This document shows positions 34,220 through 45,391 of a stretch of DNA of 53,525 nt, piece after piece. Numbering within the stretch: the first letter of the stretch is position 1; the number at the start of each line of letters is the position of its first letter. The stretch lies in the NCBI RefSeq assembly GCF_003704095.1, contig NW_020843751.1:248001-301525 (forward strand), given 5' to 3'. The notes beneath the pieces were generated by a model. That model was not told where the DNA came from, searched no databases, and saw nothing but the letters and a program-made list of their open reading frames with translations. This DNA comes from Pocillopora damicornis. Lineage: Eukaryota. Made by a program: the position numbers and the translations under genes.

Positions 34220-37200
34220 AGCTAATCCCTTATCACACCAAGTGATTGCTTGTTCAAATCTCTTCAGTTCAACACAGGCAAAGGCTCCTGCAGGAAACAA
34301 CACAATGGAGATATAATGACTATGGCTTAATTCCGAGAAAAGAACCAGAAATCATTGAAAGCTAACTTATTACAGACCAGGAAAGACAAAGCAACTAAAT
34401 GGAAAGAATAAACAGGCCCTATTAGGTTTCAGTTAGATTAGTTTTTGATAATTGAAACTTCTGAGGACATTTGAGTTGAGACTAACAATTCCCACAAAAT
34501 CACTAAGAGATATAGATATAACAAGACATGCCATGGGAAAACACAAAAAGGAAAATCACTTTTTTTTATTTGATAATGGTACATTTTTTGGTTAACTTTT
34601 TTAGAACTGGGTTTAATTTCAACTTCAATCAAAATACAAGAGACTCAAGCTACAGTTTAAAGTTCACCAACAATAAGATTTACTCATGCTGTCTCTAGTT
34701 ACATTCTTATTACATGTATTATAGCCTTTAAAGTTGAGTTATACTTGATGAATGAGGAAAGTTTCCTTACAGTTTTGAGTTCAGGTAAGTCCATTACTTC
34801 TTTTCAAAACAGCTAGATAGTGACTAAACATACCTGATACCACTACCTAACCCATCGAACAAAAGGAAACTAAAATACTCGTGCTGAAATTTTGCCTTTA
34901 ACTCAGCACTGGGATCTTTATCCAACTCAAAATAATATTCTCATTATAATGAAAAGTCATGGCACAGCAGTCTTGCACTCCTAATTGAAGTCGATTGAGA
35001 CAAGATTTAACTTTATTTAACCTTAAAGTGTTCAGTTCTTGTTGTTATTATTACTATTAAAAGCACAGCAATTATATCTAACCTCTCACAATTGCCTTGA
35101 GGTAAGTTGGATTTAACTCAATGGCTGCTTCTGCATCCCTAAGTGAATCCTGGTGATTTCCTGTTTTTTAAATACATATCTCTGATTAGCTGTAAATATA
35201 GCAAATCCACCACCCTTACATTAATTTTATGAAATCATGTGATGCTGATGTTATCTGGTGTAAGAGGTTACTTCTTTGTATGTTTGAGAGGCCAATAAAA
35301 AGCATATATTTTTCTAGAGAATTTCTTTCTGGGCATATACATTCATAATTATCACCTTTTTCAGAAAACTACTACGGACAGCCCTTTAAGTTTCAAAAGA
35401 GGAAAATTGCATATTTGTTAGCTCTCATCATCTTACCAAGTTTAAAATGTGCAATAGCCCTGTTGTTGTACAGTTTGGCCTCCAGTTCTTTCTCATTGCA
35501 GTTCACTTTAATTCCTCTGGTGTAAAAATGAATAGCATTGATGAAATCTCCTTTCTTGAAGGCCTCATTACCCTCATTCCTATAAACATCAGCTGTGGCT
35601 GCAAAGAAAAAAATTAAAATAATTTGTGTCAAAGTCTTTGGTTGTAGTTAATTAGTGTATAAGCATAAGCAGCAATTGTCTCCCTCCGTGCCCTAAAAGG
35701 AAAAAACCCACTCAGTTAATTTATGAGATACTCTTTTTGCTTGAAAGCTCAATCTATTAGACTCAGTTTCTGTTGTGGTCATCATTTAGAAGAAAGGGTT
35801 GTCCCTACTTTGAAATAATCTAAGCGCAATCAAGTAAATCAAGATAAGAGCCCTAAGATAACCATAATAACATTGGATATGGGGAATCTCCCTGCCAATG
35901 AGAGAGAGTCAGCATAATTACAAGTGTTAAAGAGTCTACTGCTTTAATTACATTTAGATAGTTAATGAGTCAATAAGATCCAAATGTTGCAATCATAAGA
36001 ACTAGAAGCAATATTTCTTATTGACAAACACAGTTATTATATAAATGATAAGAATAATGATGAAGAAGATGAGATTAATAGTTATGATGATGCTAATAAT
36101 GTGGGTGACAATACTAGTAATAATAATAATGATGAAAATCAAGTGTCCTCAATTTGAAGTAAACCCCTGGGCATTTAAACTTTTGTAGAATGGTTTCCTA
36201 AAATTCCTATCCCTTTGGGTAAAATATGTGTTCATATGCCCCACCCAATTTTTATGTAAAAAACAAAATAATTACAAATAGCAGCCATGACTTTCAACAA
36301 ATTGACCAAGCTTGAAAACCGAGAACTTGAAGACTTTTTCCTTCCAAGCCATTTCTTAGTGAAAGTGCACTAACCCCTAACACCTCCATATTAAATAATA
36401 TCACACTTGTATTTTACTGGAAATTAGTCTTGACACTTGTGGTTCAAATTCCCCAATGCCAGTCGAGCAAACTTCAATTGAGTGCTCTGCAGTCACATAA
36501 ATTACCCTTTTTGCAGAGATCTGCATTTTCTGCAAATTGATACATTTCTCAGCTGGCTATTCAAAGACATTTGTGTATTCTGTTAAACTATTGGCTTGAT
36601 AATATATCTACTTCTTTGGGCTGGCCAAGATAAAGGAGTTGATCAGTTTCCTTAAAATGATCATTAAATTTCTTGAATGATACCTGTCTAAATTTGGTGA
36701 AACAACAAATTTGTTAACATGTTGAGGGGGCATAAAAAAGACATAACTTGCAAACCTCTGCTAATGTGTTTTAAAGCATTGATGATTAGACGATGCCCTG
36801 TTTATTCAGTTAAAGACAGCTCTCCAAAACACTTTGTATGTGCTCACCTGAACCCTGCAGAAAAAAGTTTCGTGCAGCCTTGTACTCCTCCAGCTGAATA
36901 GTTGTTGTCAGTCTCAGCTCAGTCAAGTCAAACTCCTTCAGTATGTCCTTTGTCACAAGATATTTCTGTGCCATGTCATTCAGGTTACCTGTGCAATAGT
37001 CATACCACAGGGCATCCAGTATCTCTAGTGAAGTACACAGGACTGTTACTATCAAACTTCCTGACTGGGCATCCAGGACAAGAACCTTGCGCACATCTGT
37101 TAAATACTCTAGAAATTCAGTTCATTCCTCACGTTTGGTTGTGTCAACTGTCTGAAAGTACTTGTGTGCGATGAAATCCAGAACTCCTTGTGTGTTGGGT

Positions 37201-38774
37201 ACAACATAGGTTTTAACACCTGCTTCTTCGATGCTTTCTGTTCTTCCCACGAGTGGTAGACCAGCAGATGCAGCAAGCTCCACTGCCTTACGCTTAGCTC
37301 CAGTAACTACCATCTCAAGGCTTCCTGCCTGGGTATCTTGTGTGCCTTTAGGCATTCCTTCTGATGTTCCAGTAGCTACCAGCTCATCACCACAAGCTTG
37401 GGTACCCTGACTGGCTACAACCACTGTCCCTGGTGTCTCTAGTTGTGAAAGAGGGTTTGTGATGGCCTCACAATCAATCTGCATTCGAATTTTAACTGTA
37501 AGGGAAAAAAGTGTTATTAATTGCAGCAACTAGCCATTACAAAAGAGGCAAAACAGACAATTACTTTGAGTCATTGTCCAGCTACAAATAGTCAAATAAC
37601 AAATAACTGACAGTTCTCTGCTTCAAAAATGTACGAAGCCATTTCTGTCAAAATACATGTAACAGTGAGCACTGCACAGGTAACCCTGATACATTGTGTA
37701 AGTGCCTGTGTTAGAGGAAAAATACTTTACTTTAAAGAAAAAATAAACAAGCTGACCTCCAGCTGAGGAATTGGGTTGACCACCAAGTTCTAATCGATCT
37801 TTGATGTCTTGGGCTACATCTCGTAACTCTTGCCTCAAGCACTGTACTTCTTGGGCTGTAGATTCTACTTTCCCTCCAAGCTGATCTTTGATGTCTTGGG
37901 CTTCATCTCGAAGCTCTTGTCCTAAGTGCTGAACCTCTTGAACTGAAGATTCTACTTTCCCTCCAAGCTGATCTTTGATGTCTTGGGCTTCATCTCGAAG
38001 CTCTTGTCCTAGGTGCTGAACCTCTTGCGCTGTAGATTCTACTTTCCCTCCAAGCTCATCTTTAATTTCTTGGGCTTGTTCTCGAACTTCATGTTCTAAG
38101 TATTTCTCCAAATGCTTCACTGAAGATTCTACTTTTTCAAAGTATTCCTTTACTTCTGTATCATTCTGGTACCAGCATTGCAATTCCTGCTCATTTCTCT
38201 TGTCCTCCTCTGTGAGGGGATCTTTTAAAAATGTATCAATGGCATTTTGCCATTCTTTTGCCTTTGCTGGACTGATTTGACCTGCAATTCTCACCAGAGC
38301 CTCACTAATTTCTCCCCAAAGAACTGAAAACTTGTCATCTGAGATTTCCATGTTCTCCTTCACATGACCATATATCGAATTGCGGTAATATTTTATTCTG
38401 GCTAAATATGCTTCTAAACTGTCATCTGTACTTGCTGGTAGTGCATCCCAGCCTGTGACAGGAGCAGTGAGGCCACATATTGTCCTTAGCAACCGGAAAA
38501 GGAGAGTTATATCAAAGTCTGTTGACTTTCCATACATCCCAGGGGAAGGGTACAGGCAGTCCATCTGTGGTTTGGTGAGCTTTGCTGCCTTAAGTAGCTT
38601 CTTCATGGCTGGATTCTGAAGTATAGTAGGAAGATTACTTGATGGAGATTTGATGTCAAAAACCTCCCTCAATAGTACAGTACCTCCACTTATCAAAAGC
38701 CGAGCCAGACGTTGAAAATTATCTCTCCCTCTCGAAGAATGAAGCACCTCAGCAGGGTCCAGAGTGGCAGCCAT
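34220..38774 (-). CDS. HEPN (DZIP3-type) - coiled-coil repeats - TRADD-N-like - TPR protein, copy 1; exons 37757-38774, 36848-37495 (in-frame TGA at 37122-37124), 35437-35598, 35083-35160, 34220-34287; 3' end lost in a gap
   Basis: DFDITLLFRLLRTICGL..P..GWD.LP...D.S.EA.LARIKYYRNSIYGH is a DZIP3-like HEPN with an R-N-x4-H motif. GSLIVTVLCTSLEILDALWYDYCTGNL resembles TRADD-N-like domains. YRNEGNEAFKKGDFINAIHFYTRGI / LYNNRAIAHFKLGNHQDSLRDAEAAIELNPTYLKAIVRGA are co-chaperone-type TPRs. All four introns are GT-AG phase 1 and join in frame. May be a recent pseudogene. Confidence 0.75.
37797..38080 (-). repeat. 87-bp (29-aa) coding tandem repeat, about 3 units
   Basis: EAQDIKDQLGGKVES(S/T)(V/A)QEVQHLGQELRD is repeated with near-identical DNA. 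Confidence 0.9.
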
Positions 38775-39127
38775 TTTAAAAAAGGAAAAACTGAGGCAGG
38801 ATCAGTTACAAGACCTCCCTAACCTCATGATTGCAACCCAAACTGCAAAATAGATCAACAGAGTGAACAGTTAATCTCACAAATGACAGATATGGCTAAT
38901 ATAAAATGTCCCAGCTTAAGTAGGATGGATGGATGATTTAAGAGGAGAGGATCAAAATGGATTGCTTTCAATAATATTTAGAAATTTTCATTCCATGCTA
39001 TGTGGGTATAATTTTGCTGGCAAGGAGTTGGTGTTCAACTACTTAGATGTGTTTTTTCAAGCCTATGTAGGTTGAGAAATTTTACAAAAATACCTGAAAT
39101 ACTCTGATCTTAGTCCCTTTAGCAGGC

Positions 39128-39243
39128 AAAATTTCCGCACAGCCCCATACATCATTATACATCCATATATGGGGCTTTATTATACAGTGTATCACCAGTA
39201 AGATGTACATGCATAATTAAGTATGGGGCTGTGCGGAAATTTT
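39128..39243. mobile_element. 116-bp MITE-like element with perfect 23-bp inverted repeats
   Basis: AAAATTTCCGCACAGCCCCATAC (39128-39150) and GTATGGGGCTGTGCGGAAATTTT (39221-39243). Absent from the paralogous positions near 40845 and 48070. Confidence 0.7.
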
Positions 39244-39776
39244 TCCGACTGTTCTTGCAAAAAGTCTATAATCCTTTTACTTTACAATCTTTTCAGTTTA
39301 TGAATACATTATTCAGTTACAAGAGACTTGAAATACGTTTCCTCAAAGAAGGGAAACTAGGCGCGCTAGAATGTGTAGTACGTTGCGTGACACAAGAAAG
39401 AAATCACTTAGCAGTCACAACGTGCTTGCTAGCCACCTACGTCGTTTACTTCCTATGATTTACAGGAGTTGACACACAAATTTCATATCATCATTCTCTC
39501 CCGAGGTAACAATGTATGATGTATCAGTTATCAAAAACAAAGATGTTATCCATTCGCTGGAGCGGGGTAATGATAATAAACTAACGACACGCTTGCCGCT
39601 TTGATCATTCTCTGTGGAGGAATCAATTTATCAACTTCAACCTAAATTTTGACCGAACAGGAACCCAGCGAGGCTCNNNNNNNNNNNNNNNNNNNNNNNN
39701 NNNNNNNNNNNNNNNNNNNNNNNNNNNNNNNNNNNNNNNNNNNNNNNNNNNNNNNNNNNNNNNNNNNNNNNNNNNN

Positions 39777-40494
39777 TATCTTGGGCTTCTTCTCGAACCT
39801 TTTGTCTTACGTATTGAGCTTCTTTCTCCAAATGCTTCATTGAAGATTCTACCTTTTCCAGGTATTTCTTTACTTCTGTATCATTCTGGTACCAGCGCTG
39901 CAATTCCTGCTCATTTCTCTTTTCTTCCTCTGTGAGAGGATCTCTTAAAAATGTATCAATAGCATTCTGCCATTCCTTTGCCTTTGCAGGGCTGATTTGA
40001 CCCGCAACTCTCACCAGAGCCCCGCTGAGTTCTCTCCAAAGAACTGAAAACTCGTCATCTGAGATTTCCATGTTCTCGTTCACATGACCATATATCGAAT
40101 TGCGGTAATATTTGATTCTAGCTAAATCTGCTTCTAAACTGTCATCTGTACTTGTCGGTAGCGCATCCCAGCCCGTGACAGGAGGAGTAAGGCCGCATAT
40201 TGTCCTCAACAACCGGAAAAGGAGAGTTATATCAAAGTCTGTTGACTTTCCGTACATCCCTGGGGAAGGGTACAGGCAGTCCCTCTGAGGCTTTGTGAGC
40301 TTTGCTGCCTTAAGTAGCTTCTTCGTGGCTGGATTCTGAAGTGTTGTGGAAAGATTACTTGGTGGACATTTGATGTCAAATGCCTCCCTCAACAGTACAG
40401 TACCGCCACTTATCAAAAGCCGAGCTAGACGCTGATAATTATCTCTCCCTTTCGAAGAACGAAGCACCTCATCTGGGTCCAGAGCGGCAGCCAT
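39777..40494 (-). CDS. HEPN paralog copy 2, open frame running into a gap
   Basis: MAAALDPDEVLRSSKGRDNYQRLARLL...ADLARIKYYRNSIYGH; highly similar to copy 1, including about 900 bp of upstream sequence. Confidence 0.8.
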
Positions 40495-42764
40495 TTAGAA
40501 AGAAGGAAAAACTGAGGCGGGATCAGTTATCGGACCGTCCTTACCTCATGACTGCAACCCAAACTGTGAAATAGATCAACGGAGTAAACGGTAGATCTCA
40601 CAAAACACAGATATAGCTAATATAAAACGTACCCGCTTAAATAGGATGGATGGATGATTTAAGAGGAGAGGATCAAAACGGATTTTTTCAATAGTACTTA
40701 GACATTTTCATTCCACGTTATGTGGGTATGATTTTTCTGGCAAGGAATCAGTGTTCAACAACTTAGATGCGTTTTTCTTAGATTAAATGAGAAGAGAAAT
40801 TGTAAAAAAAATACCCTAAATACTCTGATCTTAACCCCTTTAGCAAAAGCGACATATATAGTGGGTCGAACGAGTAATTTGAAATCTCGGGACCTGCATC
40901 CTTATTTAAATCACATTTAAAGATTGTTCGCACAAAAAGTTTATTACCCTTCTACTTTTCAAGCTTTTCAGTTTATGACAACACCTAGGAAAACTAAATA
41001 CGCAAATGACTGTGAAGCCTAATTTCCATTTACTTTTTACATATTTTCTTTAACAAAAATAAATAGAAGTTTGGGAAGTTCAGCATTAATACGGCTATAT
41101 AGGTTCCCAGTTTAACCTGGTTGTCAAAAGAGTCTGTTTAAGGAGGTGAAAACATGATTCAATTACAAAAGACTTTAAAAAAATTTGCTCAAAGAAGGGA
41201 AACTAGGTGGGCTAGAATGTGTAGTACATTGCGTGACACAAGGAAGAAAACACTTAGCAGTCACAACGTGGTTGATAGTCACCCACTTCATTTACTCCTT
41301 ATGATTTACAGGAGTAGATACACAAATTTCATATCATCATTCTCTCCTGAGGTGATGCCTTACTTATCAAAACAAAGAGTATCATCTATTCGCTGGAGCG
41401 GGGTAATGATAATGAAATAACGACACGCCGGCGGCTCTGATCATTCTCTGAGGGGGAATTAATTGATCGACTTCAACCTAAATTTTAACCGAATAGGAAC
41501 CAAAGGAGCGAGGCTCAAAATACCAGTAATATTCTTATTGAGCTGGTTTGCTAGTCAGTCATCCTTCAAGTATCGCAAACGACATTTCATAGAGATTCGA
41601 AACTAATGAAAATCTCTCAGATTTGCATTTGGAAGCTGGTTCATACACGCCACTCACTTAAATTACGCTCATTGGACAGATTTCTCAATCACAAAAGCAA
41701 TCACTTCAACAGATCTTCAGCAAACCTTAAAATTAAGAGTTGGGAGATTAGCTCATGCAGAGAAAATGTCAAACAGGCTTCTTACCTTAAGAGTTTTTTC
41801 CTTCGATTTACATCAAACTACGGTCTGTGATTCTTTAGCGTTGGCAGATATGCAAATTTCCTCTCTCAACCGTGAAAAGCGGAAGTCAATGGGTTCGCAG
41901 CGTATCATAGAGGGGGGGAGGAGGTATTACAAGATGATCAACTGAGTTGATAATATACATCGCCACCATAGAATATAGAAAGCGAAATACTTCAGTAGTA
42001 CATTTGTTTTCACGCGATTTAGCGATTCTTTTTATATTTACGTGTTTTTAAGATCTCTAGCTATCTAGCTATCAGATATGTCGTAAATGTCTTTTTGTAA
42101 TACAAAAAAAAACATTTTTTAAAAAGCCTCAATCATTTATATCGCAACGGTCTGTAATATCTCCTTGAGTCTTATAGTCCGTGATCATTTTCTCCTGGAT
42201 GTTTGTCGGCGATGTTACTCCATGCATTTACTTCTGGAATATCGTCGTCTACATTGCCTCCTGAGATGTCCCTCTATGCAGTAAATCTCTTTATAAACTC
42301 TCCTGCGCCTGCTATGATTGTATCAGGGTTATCTCCAGCAGTTAGCACCTTGGGATCATTCCCATCTTTCTTAATCTGATCGGGAAATGCTTTTATTGGA
42401 ATGTTACCTTAGTCAATGTAATATCCTTGAATATTTTTCTCTGGTCTTTTCACTCTTACAGTTCATTCTTCTGGAAAGGCGTCCCTTAGCCTCTTATCCT
42501 GCGAGAAATAGTCCTCTAAACTGTCATTCTTTGAACCTACATTCCTTACGTCTCTATTAGAATGTTCTGAACAGTTGTCTTCTACAATGATCTCTTCCGA
42601 AATATCCTTCTCTGAGCTGAGTTCCTCTGAATGGTAATCTCTCGATTGGTGACCTCTGAACTCACTTATTTATTACGCCCACACACACGTGCATAAACAG
42701 AAACAAACAACTATAATTCAGTTGGAATATATGAAAGGTGGCGTTATACCATCTAAGGCGATTG

Positions 42765-42905
42765 GTAAGCAAACTGAACCTTTCGCTAGCGTTTCTGGCG
42801 CGATATTCTGGAGCTTTTCACAGGTTGTCGATTCTTGGCCGATTCCCATACTTCTGCTTCTTTTCATGCCAAGTGGAACATGATCTGAAAGGAAATATGA
42901 AAAAA
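42765..42905 (-). pseudogene. Paralog of the 5' leader exon of the poly-UBL ORF, without the ubiquitin units
   Basis: Minus strand ttttcatatttcctttcag|ATCATGTTCCACTTGGCATGAAAAGAAGCAGAAGTATGG...ACCTGTGAAAAGCTCCAG..ATCGCGCCAG...AAAGGTTCAGTTTGCTTACC aligns with 32723-32862 (+). Confidence 0.75.
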
Positions 42906-43504
42906 ATTAAATTATATCGACCTAATTCAAGATTAGCGCTGTAATCTATTCCTACGTCTTAACCCAAATAAATGAACTGAGTGGTTCATCACAGTAAGTC
43001 TTATCAATCTCAGTTACATTCCTTTCTTTCTAAAGTGTTTTTTATTTGTTTTAGTTACTCCTTGTACGAACTTATCCATCAGTATGAGGGTAATGTAACC
43101 CAATTAAGAGGAAACAAAAATATCCTTCTCTCTCGGGTCTACAAAATATATTTCTCAGACGGATCACCATATATATATATATCTCTGCTGGTTACTGAAA
43201 GAAATTATTTTTTAATTTAAAATCACATCGAGACCATATAGGTTTGTCAATACTCTTTATCTGTCGACCTGTCAGTATATTTACTAGAGCCACCATTAGA
43301 TGAAGGAATTCGATCAGTTGCCTAGAACTGTGGCCCCCAGGCCCCCTCCAACTGCCTCAATCACCATCCCTCGACCAAATTAAGACAGCACATTCACAAG
43401 TATCAGCTCTGAACACTAAATTTCCTAAATAGTACCCATCTGAATCTGGTAAAACAACAAATTTAAATAATTTATTTAACTCCTCTGGTTTAGTTGGGTC
43501 AACG

Positions 43505-44051
43505 GCCTTAAATGTAAACCATCTGAGTGGTAGAAAGAAGTGAAAGAGCTTAGTGGGTGCTCAGTTGCCTCCACGGCGCGAAGTGACACTTTGAAATCGC
43601 TACAACATCTGCATGAGGGTATTGACCAAATCAGCCTGGCTAACATCATCAATGAGGCTTTCTTATCGCCAATGCACTGCTTCACACCGCTTCCTGCTGC
43701 TTTTTTGTGCACTACTTTCAGTAACTACTTCGAAAACTCCCTTGTTGTGTCGGTTGAGTCAGTCCGCAAAAAACTATCAAAGTTGAACCCGTGCAAAGCC
43801 AACGGTTCAGACGACATCCCAGGATGGTTGTTAAAGGAACACGCAGACATTTTAGCTGGTCCGGTATCTAACATCTTGAACTCCTCGTCCCATGAAGGAC
43901 GCTTGCCATCGTCATGGAAGCACGCATATGTAGTCCCTGTGCTAAAGCAAAAGCCTGTCCGTGAAGTAAACAAGCACTTACGCCCTATTTCACTAACCCC
44001 CATTTTGCCAAAGATGTCTGAAGCTTATGTGGTTGACACTTATGTCAAACC
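43505..44051 (+). mobile_element. Non-LTR retrotransposon reverse-transcriptase fragment
   Basis: KLNPCKANGSDDIPGWLLKEHADILAGPV..ILNSS...GRLPSSWKHAYVVPVLK...HLRPISLTPILPKMSE is a LINE RT N-terminal region. Confidence 0.9.
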
Positions 44052-44151
44052 NNNNNNNNNNNNNNNNNNNNNNNNNNNNNNNNNNNNNNNNNNNNNNNNN
44101 NNNNNNNNNNNNNNNNNNNNNNNNNNNNNNNNNNNNNNNNNNNNNNNNNNN

Positions 44152-44875
44152 GATCAATTTAGTCAAAGGCTTTGCGAAAGTCAAACAGTACGGCTCTCAT
44201 AGTAGCCCCATTTCCGTCAGTCGATTCCAACCAGGAGTGCAACATGCTGATAAGCGCACGCGTAGTAGAAGATTTAAGTACGAACCCAAATTGTTGAGGA
44301 TCAATCCTCTCCAGCACAGCAGGTTTGACGTAGGTGTCAACCACATAAGCTTCAGATATCTTTGACAATATGGGGGTTAGTGAAATAGGGCGTAAGTGTT
44401 TATTTACTTCACGGATGGGCTTTTGCTTCGGCACGGGGGCTACATAAGCGTGCTTCCATGACGATGGCATGCGTCCTTCACGGTACGAGTAGTTCAAGAT
44501 GTCAGATACCGGACCAGCTAAAATGTCTGCGTGTTCCTTTCACAACCATCCTGGGATGTTGTCTGGACCGTTGGCTTTGCACGGGTTCAACTTTGATAGT
44601 TTCTTGCGGACTGACTCAGCCGACACAACAAGGGAGTTTTCTGAAAGTAGTGCTCGGAAAAGCAGCAGGGAGCGGTGTGAAGCAGTGCATTGGCAATAAG
44701 AAAGCCTCATTGATGATGTTAGCTAGGCAAATTTGGTCAGTATCTTCATGCAGATGTTGTAGCGATTTCAAAGTGTCACTTTGCGCCGTGGAGGCAAGCG
44801 AACGCCCACTAAGCTTTTTCACTTCTTTCCACCACTCAGATGGTTTACATTTCTTCAGGTGTTCCACCTTGGCTT
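44152..44875 (-). mobile_element. Second copy of the same LINE RT region, frameshifted
   Basis: PSSWKHAYVAPVPKQKP...LRPISLTPILSKISE...QQFGF...STTRAL...VLFDFRKAFD; strongly similar to 43505-44051 in inverse orientation. Confidence 0.9.
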
Positions 44876-45084
44876 GGCTTATTATTATTTAAAATTGAAC
44901 TGGTTGTTATAAAATATTTAGGATAGTATGCATGCCTTCTTTGGTCTATAGGTTTTGGTTGATAAGTATGTAAACACGATGTAANNNNNNNNNNNNNNNN
45001 NNNNNNNNNNNNNNNNNNNNNNNNNNNNNNNNNNNNNNNNNNNNNNNNNNNNNNNNNNNNNNNNNNNNNNNNNNNNNNNNNNNN

Positions 45085-45262
45085 ACTCGGCCCCCGGTCA
45101 TTTCTAATAATGATTAATGACCTGAGAGTGGCGAATACGAACATCTGGATGTATGTGGATGACACCACCCTCGCTGAGTGTGTGGAAAAGAACGGAACCA
45201 GCTCGATGCAGTCGCGCGTTGATGAATTTGTTACAGAGTCTCGTGCTGATGGTTTCCAGTTT
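45085..45262 (+). mobile_element. LINE RT catalytic fragment
   Basis: LGPRSFLIMINDLRVANTNIWMYVDDTTLAE, containing the YxDD motif. Confidence 0.85.
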
Positions 45263-45391
45263 TGTGAGCTTCGCTATTTTAAGTTTATTCTTCATGGCTG
45301 GATTGTTAAAAGCCGCTCTATAGGAAAAAAATTGCTTTTTCCACTTGTTGTAGGTAAAACTCCCTCGATTGGTACCCGTACCAGTTGCCAT
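45263..45391 (-). pseudogene. Fifth, highly eroded HEPN-paralog 5' fragment abutting the RT sequence
   Basis: Starts ATGGCA. One frame gives EGVLPTTSGKSNFFPIERLL (cf. EVLHSSRGRDNFQRLARLL) and another gives NNPAMKNKLKIAKLT (cf. QNPAMKKLLKAAKLT). Confidence 0.55.

Noticed and set aside
37122-37124. Selenocysteine reading of the in-frame TGA
   Set aside because: No redox motif context and no visible SECIS (the 3' UTR is missing); a CGA>TGA transition is simpler.
37797-38080. Regularly spaced repeats considered as a CRISPR-like array
   Set aside because: Contiguous in-frame 87-bp coding repeats with no unique spacers, in a eukaryotic context with no cas genes.
42180-42660. Purine-rich, coding-like minus-strand stretch downstream of the UBL-leader paralog
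   Set aside because: Interrupted by stops and no recognisable domain; possibly a decayed exon but cannot be supported.
43505-44875. Large inverted repeat considered as the terminal repeats of a DNA transposon
   Set aside because: Both arms are LINE RT coding sequence separated by an N-gap; better explained by two copies plus contig mis-orientation.
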